This document shows, one piece after another, positions 56,276 through 64,000 of a stretch of 64,000 nucleotides of DNA. Below the pieces are notes generated by a model. The model was not told the origin of the DNA. It was given only the letters and a program-made list of their open reading frames with translations, and made no database searches. Source of the DNA: Dehalococcoidia bacterium. Lineage in GTDB: Bacteria > Chloroflexota > Dehalococcoidia > Lucifugimonadales > VXLM01. The position numbers were made by a program, and so were the translations under genes. Each line of letters starts with the position of its first letter. Position 1 is the first letter of the stretch. Location of the stretch: assembly GCA_963662435.1 (NCBI GenBank), contig OY759598.1, positions 2,946,507 through 3,010,506 on the forward strand, given 5' to 3'.

Positions 56276-57013
56276 TTGATAGCCCCCGGAGACAGGACCC
56301 GCGTGGAAACGATCACGGTTACGGAAAACAATATGACCGCCGGTACCAATGGCCCGGATGTCTCCACCATCCTGGTGCAGCCGGACGACGCATTCGCGCT
56401 GATGGTCTTGGGCCACGGCTCCGGCACGCCGATAGACAGGCCACTCATGACCCTGCTTTGCGAAAAGCTCGCTCGTCGGGGAGTCGCAACCTTCCGGTAC
56501 AACTATCCGTATAGCGAACGCATGACTGCCTACTCCCCGGATATCATCGATCCGCTCGACGTCCTGCTCGCCACGACAACCTCCGCGATGATGGCTGCCA
56601 ATTCCCTGTCCCTCGACCTGCCCATCTTCCTTGCCGGTCGTTCGATGAGCAGTCAGGTCGTCTCGCTTGCCCTGACGCGCAAGTGTTGGCCTGAAGTGAG
56701 AGGCCTCGTGCTGTACGTATTCCCGATGCGCTGGAGAAATCTGCTGACGGACACGGTGTCCCATCTCCAACGAGTCCCCGCGCCGATGCTCTTCGTCCAG
56801 GGAGGCAGGGATGAAGAATTCGCCGACCTTCGGGAGCTTCAGCCCGTGCTGGAAGGCTTGGGCGACCGAGCAACCCTCAATGTCATAAAGGACGCCGACC
56901 ACTTCTACAACCTGCCACCCGAGTCCTGCCGGACGAGGGACGATGCGCTGGCGGAGGTCGCCACAGTCACAGCCTCGTGGATGCGTGCTCAATTGCCTGG
57001 AGGAATGCGTTAG
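56276..57013 (+). CDS. Alpha/beta hydrolase (KANL3/Tex30-like; start uncertain)
   Basis: LGHGSG, RYNYPY, GRSMS nucleophile elbow, QG.RD, ADH. Confidence 0.85.
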   Translation: MIAPGDRTRVETITVTENNMTAGTNGPDVSTILVQPDDAFALMVLGHGSGTPIDRPLMTLLCEKLARRGVATFRYNYPYSERMTAYSPDIIDPLDVLLATTTSAMMAANSLSLDLPIFLAGRSMSSQVVSLALTRKCWPEVRGLVLYVFPMRWRNLLTDTVSHLQRVPAPMLFVQGGRDEEFADLRELQPVLEGLGDRATLNVIKDADHFYNLPPESCRTRDDALAEVATVTASWMRAQLPGGMR

Positions 57014-57017
57014 CAGG

Positions 57018-57830
57018 TCACCCGACGAGCCGCTCGGCGATGCTCAGGTAGAAGTCCATGATCTCCGTCCCGGCTAGCAGGGCAAGAATTCCCCCCGCGG
57101 AGAGGAAGGGCCCGAATGGCATGGCGTCCTTGCGGCTGCCCCTTCCCAGCGCGAGGAGGCCGACTGCCAAGGCGCCGCCGGCAACCACGGCAGCCCAAAG
57201 GGCCACTGCAATGCCGGGATAGCCCACGAGAAGTCCCAACATTCCAGCCATCTTGACGTCCCCCCCTCCCATGCCCGCCGGATAGACGGCCTTGATGGCG
57301 AGAAACGCCAGGAACGCCCCAATGCCTGCGGCCAGCGAGTTGGCCAGCGAAGAGAGATTGACCTGCTGAAAGAAGAGGGCGCGGTCGATGCCAAGCTCCG
57401 GCCAGAATGGGGCGAGCGCCGCAAGGACAAGCACCGCGGGGATAACGAGACGATTGGGAATGAGCCGGTGCTCCAGATCGACGACCGCGATGGCAACCAG
57501 CAGAGCGACTCCGGCCCCGACCACGAGCGGTTCCACGCCCCAGCCGAGCATGAAGTAGAGCGCTGCAAAGAGCGCACCCATCACAGCCTCTACCGCGATA
57601 ACCCTCGCCGGAATCCTCTCGTCACAGTTCCGGCACCTTCCTCGCAGCCAAAGGTAACTTAGAACGGGTACAAGGTCGCGGGTAGGAATCCGGCGCGCGC
57701 ATAAATCGCAGTGCGAGCGAGGAGAGACAAGCGACCTGCGTTCCGGAAGCCGGTCGGCAACGACGTTCAGAAAGCTCCCGACAGAGGCGCCGGTACTGAA
57801 GGCAAGCAGGCCATAGATGGTCTCAATCAC
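57018..57830 (-). CDS. pilD: Prepilin peptidase (A24)
   Basis: GSFLNV..DRLP, RSHC..C, GRCR.C, DLEH..IP, GMGGGDVK, PFGPFL. Confidence 0.95.
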   Translation of the reverse strand: MIETIYGLLAFSTGASVGSFLNVVADRLPERRSLVSPRSHCDLCARRIPTRDLVPVLSYLWLRGRCRNCDERIPARVIAVEAVMGALFAALYFMLGWGVEPLVVGAGVALLVAIAVVDLEHRLIPNRLVIPAVLVLAALAPFWPELGIDRALFFQQVNLSSLANSLAAGIGAFLAFLAIKAVYPAGMGGGDVKMAGMLGLLVGYPGIAVALWAAVVAGGALAVGLLALGRGSRKDAMPFGPFLSAGGILALLAGTEIMDFYLSIAERLVG

Positions 57831-57921
57831 GGTCTTGTGCGTTGGGCGGGTCCCGGGAGAGCACGTGGAAACTCACCGCTTCAACGGTCCGGCGCGGCAT
57901 ACTCTGCTCACGCTCTCCGTC

Positions 57922-58602
57922 TCACATCTCCGCATAGGGCACGTGCATACAGACCTTTAGGGACCACTCGTCGGCAAGGTCATCCTCTCGGACCATATCA
58001 AGTGTCTCCACACGGGCCGTGACCGTGTCCCCGGCCAGTCCAATCAGTCCAATCTGGGCGTCTTTGCCGCCCCGGGTCTTGAAGGTGTAGGTCACCGTCG
58101 GCAGATGCCAGCCCTCAGTGGGATCGTCATTCTTCAGCCTGTCGCAGGTCTCAGCTATGCGCCTCACGTTCGAAGCGCTCCCGTCAAGGAACGTTAGCGT
58201 CTCTTCTGGAGTGATGACCGTAACGGTCTTGGCGTTCTGGAAGTCGACGATCTCGAGCCTGTTATCCACCGCATAGTTGATGATGCGGCTCCCAAGACCC
58301 TCGGCGTCCCGGGCCGTCGTGAGGTTGGCGATGGACCCCACCTGTCGATCCACCTCAAGCTGTTCTTTCTTCTGTTCCAGTTCCTGTCGCTTCCCCGTCA
58401 GATCTCGGGAGGCGGCCACAGTCTGCCACTTCTGCGTCTCCAATTTGACCACCGCCGCCAGCCGCAGATAGTCCAAGCCGCTCGTCTCCTCGCGGGATCC
58501 CGATGCCGACTCGTACAGGTATGCAAGACCCGCAAACACAATAACCACAAGGGCTGCCAGTGCGGTCCATCTGTTCCAGAATTGCTTGATTCTGTAGAGC
58601 AT
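57922..58602 (-). CDS. Pilus alignment protein, PilO-like by position and architecture
   Basis: Single TM, coiled coil, C-terminal alpha/beta domain; lies between the pilN-like gene and pilD. Confidence 0.55.
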   Translation of the reverse strand: MLYRIKQFWNRWTALAALVVIVFAGLAYLYESASGSREETSGLDYLRLAAVVKLETQKWQTVAASRDLTGKRQELEQKKEQLEVDRQVGSIANLTTARDAEGLGSRIINYAVDNRLEIVDFQNAKTVTVITPEETLTFLDGSASNVRRIAETCDRLKNDDPTEGWHLPTVTYTFKTRGGKDAQIGLIGLAGDTVTARVETLDMVREDDLADEWSLKVCMHVPYAEM

Positions 58603-58652
58603 CAGTCTACCTGCGCCCTGGGGCCTTCCCGTCGATTCCATAGTTCTTGCAT

Positions 58653-59297
58653 TTACTTGAGGTTCACCACGGCATCCAGGGTAGTCTTGTTTGACGATGT
58701 CAGAGCCGTATTCCAACTCGCAAGTTCGAGGAAGTCGCCTACGGCTCCCATGTAGTCGAGAAACCCGCCAATGGTGTTGGCGCCCGCGGCTGTTGCCGAG
58801 AGATTGATCTGGGAGGGTGAATCGACCGAGGCGGGAGAGTTCACCTCCAGCCGATTAATCCGGAATTCTTCGCTGTCAGCCTGAAGGAGCGCTTGAAGAG
58901 AGGCTGCCCAATCGGGACGATTCTGCGTGAGCCGGTTGTAGACCTCGAAGACTCCCGCGCTCTGCTGAACCACCTGGTTGATCTCCTCGTCGATCTCCCC
59001 GATCCTGGCGATCACGTCATCGGTCGCCGCCACCTCTTGCCTGAGTGCATGCTCAACGTTCTCCAGCCGGTCCTTTGCGGAAAGTACCTCGTCCTGGGCG
59101 CTTCGCAGCCGACCATAGACGAACGGGACGCTCAGTACCTCGATGAGCAGCAATACCAGAATAAGCACGACAAGTGGCGACGCCGTTATGATCCGTCGCT
59201 CAGGGGCGAAGTTGATCCTCGGCGTGTTTCGCCACCCAAACTCCTGCAGGGACGGATCGCCCACGGGGACCATTGCGTTCCGGGGTTCCTCGTTCAT
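58653..59297 (-). CDS. PilN-like pilus alignment protein
   Basis: INFAP (INLLP-like), TM, coiled coil, PDW...L; overlaps the pilC stop. Confidence 0.7.
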   Translation of the reverse strand: MNEEPRNAMVPVGDPSLQEFGWRNTPRINFAPERRIITASPLVVLILVLLLIEVLSVPFVYGRLRSAQDEVLSAKDRLENVEHALRQEVAATDDVIARIGEIDEEINQVVQQSAGVFEVYNRLTQNRPDWAASLQALLQADSEEFRINRLEVNSPASVDSPSQINLSATAAGANTIGGFLDYMGAVGDFLELASWNTALTSSNKTTLDAVVNLK

Positions 59298-60502
59298 CGA
59301 ACGGACCCCAATGCAGAATAGATTCCTGAAATGATCGCCACGGCCACGAACCCTACCACACCCGCCACAAACAGAATAATCACAGGCTGTACCAGCTCGG
59401 TAATTCCCCCTGCCGCGCGCCTCGTCACGTCTTCATAGTACTCCGCGAGACCCGACATGGTGTCGTCCAGCCGGCCCCGTGTCTCGCCTGTAATGATCGC
59501 CTGCGAGAGGATGGTCGGAAATCCACCGTCCTCTCCGAAGGCCTCTCCGAGCCTGGTGCCCCCTGTGGCGCGATCGATCACCCTCCCCAGCCTCCGTCGG
59601 TAGTATGCGTTTGCCATCCCAGTCTGTGTCAACTTGAGCGCCTCGACCGGCGACATTCCGGCCCTCAGCAGCGTCGAGAGTATGGACGTGAGGGCGAACA
59701 TGTTGTTGGCTACGATCACCCTTCCCAGGACCGGAAGGCGCAGCAGCACGGTATCCGTGGCGGCTCGGCCGAACTCTGTCCTCAAGGCAGCGAAGATCAC
59801 CACGGCGATGACGGCAATTCCCACAAGGATCGCGGTGCCGTAGGTCCCAAAGAAGCCCGAGATCGCAATCAGCACGCGTGTGGATGTTGGAAGGTCTCCG
59901 CTGACCTCCGAGAGCAGTGTCGTGAGCGACGGCAGAGAGTACGTCACCAGAAGGGCCGCGGCCACGAGCGCTACCAATAGGGTGAACGCCGGGTATACGG
60001 CCGCGTCGCGTACCCGGTCCGTGACGGCCTTTCGCCGCTGGAGGGTGTCCGCTATCTGGTTGAGGACGAACGGCAGGCCGCCGGTTGCCTCGCCGACCCT
60101 GAGCATCCGCACGTAGAAGTCGGGGAAGATGTGCGACTGTTCCCCCAGGGCGTCGGACAGCTTCCTGCCGGCCTCGACGGCAACGACAATCTCCGCCAGG
60201 GCGTGCCGCAGCCCCGTGTTCGACACCTGGCCCTGCTGCGCCATGAGGCAGCGAATGAGTGGAATGCCCGAATTCAGCAGCGCCGCCAGCTGGCGCGTAA
60301 AGTCGATGATGTCCTGTGCCGACGGGTTGAATACCGTCGGAAACATGCGATACAGGCTGAGTCCGCTGCTGGCCGGTCGGAGGCGATACGGAATGAGGTC
60401 TTCCTGCTCCAGAAGATCATAGGCTGCCTCCTCCGAATCCGTGTGCAGGACGCCAACGACCTTCTCTCCCAGCCTGGTGTATGCCTCATACTTGATCGCC
60501 AT
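59294..60502 (-). CDS. pilC: Type IV pilus/T2SS platform protein (PilC/GspF)
   Basis: FTRQLAALLNSGIPL, GEATG.L, A.VYP, GETRG.LD. Confidence 0.93.
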   Translation of the reverse strand: MAIKYEAYTRLGEKVVGVLHTDSEEAAYDLLEQEDLIPYRLRPASSGLSLYRMFPTVFNPSAQDIIDFTRQLAALLNSGIPLIRCLMAQQGQVSNTGLRHALAEIVVAVEAGRKLSDALGEQSHIFPDFYVRMLRVGEATGGLPFVLNQIADTLQRRKAVTDRVRDAAVYPAFTLLVALVAAALLVTYSLPSLTTLLSEVSGDLPTSTRVLIAISGFFGTYGTAILVGIAVIAVVIFAALRTEFGRAATDTVLLRLPVLGRVIVANNMFALTSILSTLLRAGMSPVEALKLTQTGMANAYYRRRLGRVIDRATGGTRLGEAFGEDGGFPTILSQAIITGETRGRLDDTMSGLAEYYEDVTRRAAGGITELVQPVIILFVAGVVGFVAVAIISGIYSALGSVR

Positions 60503-60555
60503 AGAGAATGCGTTACGTAATGCGAATTGAGTAGTGGAAGTGCGGTCGACGGAGT

Positions 60556-62280
60556 TTACTCAAAGAAGAACACCCTGCTGAGCACCTCATTTACCGTTGT
60601 GACCCCGGCCTTGACCTTCGTCATCCCCGTGCGGCGAAGGGGCGAAAGCCCTTCGGACATCGCCTGCTGACGAATATCATGTCCGCTAGCTCCCGACGCG
60701 ACGAGCTTCCGCGTCGACTCGCTCACCGGCAAGACCTCGAATACCCCGGTCCTTCCGAGGAATCCCGTGAACCCACAGAAGTTGCATCCCCTGCCGCTTG
60801 CAAAGGTCGCGACGTCCTCGCCGGTCTCGCTGAAGTATGCCTCCCGCTCGGCAAGTTCGACCTCGTTTTCCATCTTGCAGTGAGTACACACCATCCGGAC
60901 GAGACGCTGAGCCGCTACGCCCACCACGGCAGTCGCCGCCAGGTAAGGCTCAATTCCGATGTCGATGAGTCGAACGAATGCCGAAGCGGCGTCGTTGCTG
61001 TGAATTGACGCCAGCACCAGCTGGCCGGTCAGCGCGGCGTCGACTGCGGTCTTTGCCGTCTCGACGTCACGAATCTCGCCCACGAGGATGACGTCCGGGT
61101 CGAGCCGCATTATCGACTTGAGCCCGGTCGGAAAATCAATCCCGGCCTGCCGGTTGACCTCGATCTGGTGCAGGTCTTCCACGCGATATTCGATGGGGTC
61201 CTCGATTGTGAGAATATTGCCCCGGTTCGGTATCAGCTCCGTGACGGACGAGTAGAGTGTGGTTGTCTTGCCCGACCCGGTCGGTCCGGACACGAGGAGC
61301 ATCCCGAACGGAAGGCCCAGGAGCTGTCTCCACGTTGCCAGGGTGTCGGGCTCGAGCCCCAGCTGCTCCATCTTGAGAATACCCTCAGATCGGTCCAGGA
61401 TCCTGACGACCATCATCTCGCCCCACGTGATTCCGATCGAGGACACGCGGAAGTCGACCGTCTTTTCGTTGATCTGGAGGTTGAAGCTGCCGTCCTGGGG
61501 ACGACGGGTCTCCGTGATATCCATGTCTGCAAGGACCTTGATGCGAGCCAGCATCGTGTCGTGCAGGTCAAGGGGAATTTCGGCAACCTCCTGAAGCACC
61601 CCGTCCAGCCGGAACAGGATCTTGCTGGAGTCGGACGTTGCTACTAGGTGCACGTCCGAGGCCCCTCTCTTTATGGCTTGCAGCGTTACCATCTCGACTG
61701 CATGAACCGCGGGAAGCTGCGAGACATCCTGTCCCAGAATTCCTCGTGCGTCTGGACCCTGGGTTACCGCGCCTATGCCTTCCGCGTCCAAAACCCCTGC
61801 AGTTGGGGTGTCCGCACGCCGCGCGGGGAGAGAGGAATACGTCCGCGCAATGAGCTCATCGAGTCCTCCTCCCGGGGCGAGGACGAACTTCGCCTGCCGT
61901 CCGGTCAGTGTGGCAATCTGCGACGCAAGCTGAAAGTTGTTGGGCGTGGTGGTTGCCGTACGGAGAGAGCCGTCCGGCTCAAAACCGATGGGAAGTACCC
62001 CCTCGGTGCGTGCGAACTCTTCGGGAAGCGTTGCCACCGCCTCCGGATCGACGTGCACCGTCTTGAGGTCGACCACGGGAACCCTGAGTTGGGAGCTCAG
62101 CATGGCAACGAGAGTGTCCCTGGACACGAGACCGTCCACCACAAGGGTCTCGATCAGGCCGGAGCCGGTCTCTTCCCCGGAGTCCCTGGCTGCCTCAAGC
62201 TGCTCAAGAGTAATGAATCCCGCTTCGACGAGGTTCAGGCCAATTCGGTCGTCGAGAGATGGCGTGGCACTTGAAGTCAT
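60556..62280 (-). CDS. pilB: Type IV pilus assembly ATPase (PilB/GspE); start may extend to 62334
   Basis: MshEN-like N-terminus, ASDVH, PQDG, GPTGSGKTTTLY, TIEDPIE, DPDVILVGEIRD, CxxC...CxxC. Confidence 0.95.
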   Translation of the reverse strand: MTSSATPSLDDRIGLNLVEAGFITLEQLEAARDSGEETGSGLIETLVVDGLVSRDTLVAMLSSQLRVPVVDLKTVHVDPEAVATLPEEFARTEGVLPIGFEPDGSLRTATTTPNNFQLASQIATLTGRQAKFVLAPGGGLDELIARTYSSLPARRADTPTAGVLDAEGIGAVTQGPDARGILGQDVSQLPAVHAVEMVTLQAIKRGASDVHLVATSDSSKILFRLDGVLQEVAEIPLDLHDTMLARIKVLADMDITETRRPQDGSFNLQINEKTVDFRVSSIGITWGEMMVVRILDRSEGILKMEQLGLEPDTLATWRQLLGLPFGMLLVSGPTGSGKTTTLYSSVTELIPNRGNILTIEDPIEYRVEDLHQIEVNRQAGIDFPTGLKSIMRLDPDVILVGEIRDVETAKTAVDAALTGQLVLASIHSNDAASAFVRLIDIGIEPYLAATAVVGVAAQRLVRMVCTHCKMENEVELAEREAYFSETGEDVATFASGRGCNFCGFTGFLGRTGVFEVLPVSESTRKLVASGASGHDIRQQAMSEGLSPLRRTGMTKVKAGVTTVNEVLSRVFFFE

Positions 62281-62407
62281 CGGCTCTCCGGCGCTGTCCT
62301 TCGAATGGCGGCGTTTCGCCGCCCGCGCCATCATCTAATGTAGCACAGCGGGCCTGCCATATGAAACGCGGACGGGCGCTGCGTCAGCACACGCAGGCCG
62401 TTACCCG

Positions 62408-62974
62408 CTAGCCGCCCACAGCCTGTATGCGTCCGTCGTCGCCGACCTCCAACAGCGAGACGAATTCGTAGCCCCGCTCCCGGATGGCCCGGCTCCCACC
62501 CTCGTTGCGGTCGAGTATGCACATCACCTTTGCGACGCGGCACCCTGCGCCCTCTACGGCATCGATTGCATGCAGTAGGCTTCCTCCCTGATTGCACGTG
62601 TCGTCGACCACGGCAACCGACAGCCCTTCCCTAATCGGACCCTCGATCAACTTGCCGGTGCCGTACTGTTTTCGTTCACTTCGGACGATGAGACCGGGTA
62701 CGGGAGATCCCGCTTGATAGCTCGCCATGGCAATGGCCGAAAGCATTGGTACCGCCGCTACGGCGGGGCCCGCTACGGCCTCCGCGCCGCACTCCTGCAC
62801 GATGGGCTGAAACGCCCTCCCCACAAGGTATGCTCCCTCCGCGTCCAGCGTCACCAACCGCCCATCGAAGTAGTAGTGGCTCTTCGAACCGGACGTGAGG
62901 GTGAACTCGCCATACAGCAGTGCCCCCAGTCGTTCCGAAAGCTCCAAGAGCCGCTGTGCCTCAGACGTGCTCAT
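62408..62974 (-). CDS. pyrE: Orotate phosphoribosyltransferase
   Basis: GEFTLTSG..S.YYFD, R.ERK.YG, VVDD. Confidence 0.93.
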   Translation of the reverse strand: MSTSEAQRLLELSERLGALLYGEFTLTSGSKSHYYFDGRLVTLDAEGAYLVGRAFQPIVQECGAEAVAGPAVAAVPMLSAIAMASYQAGSPVPGLIVRSERKQYGTGKLIEGPIREGLSVAVVDDTCNQGGSLLHAIDAVEGAGCRVAKVMCILDRNEGGSRAIRERGYEFVSLLEVGDDGRIQAVGG

Positions 62975-63585
62975 GCTTGCTCCCTCCTGCCATAGAGACC
63001 GTGCCCATCGATATACTTGTGGACAATTTGTGGAATAAGCCCGTCGACCGGCAGCCCGTCTACCATGCGCTGCCGCATCGAGGCGGCGCTGATGTCCACA
63101 CACGGCCCATCGACAAATGCTATCTCCTCCGACGCCCCGCTTCGAATCGATTCCAATGCCGCCCGGTCAACCACGCCAGCGCCCGGCCTCGCGACACCGA
63201 CGATGGTCGCCATGTCCAGCACCTCTCTGGGAGCGCGCCAACGGTGAAGTTCGTTCAGAGCGTCTGTGCCAAGTATGACGTACAGTTCTACTGCCTCGCC
63301 CATCTCTTCGCGGAGGGCCGTGAGCGTATCGATTGTGTACGTCGGACCCTCACGTCGCACCTCGACGTCCGATACATCGAACATGGGATTTCGAGCGACG
63401 GCAAGCTTCACCATTTCAAGCCGGTTTCGCGCCTCGGTCACCGGACAATTCGCCTTGAACCATGGTTGTCCTGCAGGTATGAACAACACTCGTTCGAGCC
63501 CCATCGTCTCGCGGACATGCTCCGCTGTCACGAGATGGCCATTGTGTATCGGGTCGAACGTTCCCCCGAAGATGCCGAGCTTCAC
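62971..63585 (-). CDS. nadD: Nicotinate-nucleotide adenylyltransferase
   Basis: GIFGGTFDPIHNGH, TYTIDTL, ILGTD, ISA. Confidence 0.96.
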   Translation of the reverse strand: MKLGIFGGTFDPIHNGHLVTAEHVRETMGLERVLFIPAGQPWFKANCPVTEARNRLEMVKLAVARNPMFDVSDVEVRREGPTYTIDTLTALREEMGEAVELYVILGTDALNELHRWRAPREVLDMATIVGVARPGAGVVDRAALESIRSGASEEIAFVDGPCVDISAASMRQRMVDGLPVDGLIPQIVHKYIDGHGLYGRREQA

Positions 63586-64000
63586 TCACTCCCACTCCAA
63601 CTCGTGCTTGCCGACGGCGTACGTGTCGCCGGTACGGATTCCCGCCCGCTCCAACTCCGCAATGACGCCCAAACGCTGTAGTTGCTCGTAAAACTGGACC
63701 CGTGCCGCCCAATTGTTCATATTGACGGTGCCGGCAAACCGCGTGGCCGAACGAAGGATTACCTCGTACTTCCCAGGCCCCGTCTTTCGTACCTTCTCCC
63801 GTTGGTCCACGGGATCGGGCCTGAGTACTGGAACGTCGGCCTGCTTACTTGCGACCGCCGTGGCCGGTCGAGGCTCCTCACTCTCGCCTGCCTCCTCACG
63901 TTCAGCCGCGATATTCAGGGCCTCCGCCACGTCATAGAGGAGCTCTTCGAGCCCTATTCGCCCAACGGCGGAGATGCTCCGGATGGAGACCGCAGTGTCC
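63586..64000 (-). CDS. obgE: GTPase ObgE, C-terminal part (5' end outside window)
   Basis: G5-like ISAV...GLEELL and OCT/DUF1967 tail LQRLGV..ELERAG...GDT...G..ELEW; upstream of nadD (usual synteny). Confidence 0.85.
   Translation of the reverse strand, partial: DTAVSIRSISAVGRIGLEELLYDVAEALNIAAEREEAGESEEPRPATAVASKQADVPVLRPDPVDQREKVRKTGPGKYEVILRSATRFAGTVNMNNWAARVQFYEQLQRLGVIAELERAGIRTGDTYAVGKHELEWE

Overview
GC-rich bacterial chromosomal window with no rRNA, tRNA, CRISPR array, integrase or transposase. It is probably monoderm and Chloroflexota/Dehalococcoidia-like; this is a weak inference from YtxH, DegV, a secretin-free type IV pilus cluster and the REP repeat types. Housekeeping genes (glmU, tsaD, pyrE, nadD, partial obgE) are interspersed with accessory enzymes. 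All family calls come from motifs recognised by eye, not database searches. Main points: (1) a ~16 kb locus (29.6-45.9 kb) joining a coupled NspC-like decarboxylase/DUF3326/PaaK-like ligase/DMT exporter operon, a DUF4178-DUF350 pair, two paralogous Gly/Ser/Arg-tailed lipoproteins with identical signal peptides, an accessory SecA, a GNAT, a K+ channel and a Cys-His-Asp NAT/transglutaminase-like enzyme, a candidate undescribed polyamine-linked envelope modification/export system; (2) a Cys-free, His-rich CutF/DUF2946-like leader ORF ending in RPP, followed by an anti-SD that can sequester the SD of a probable metal-binding exported protein; (3) a compact 6S-like structured RNA candidate; (4) a SoxR-box, apparently leaderless promoter driving a split transketolase-like pair; (5) two vapBC loci whose toxins both look disabled; (6) three REP-like repeat families, one carrying a nested insertion.
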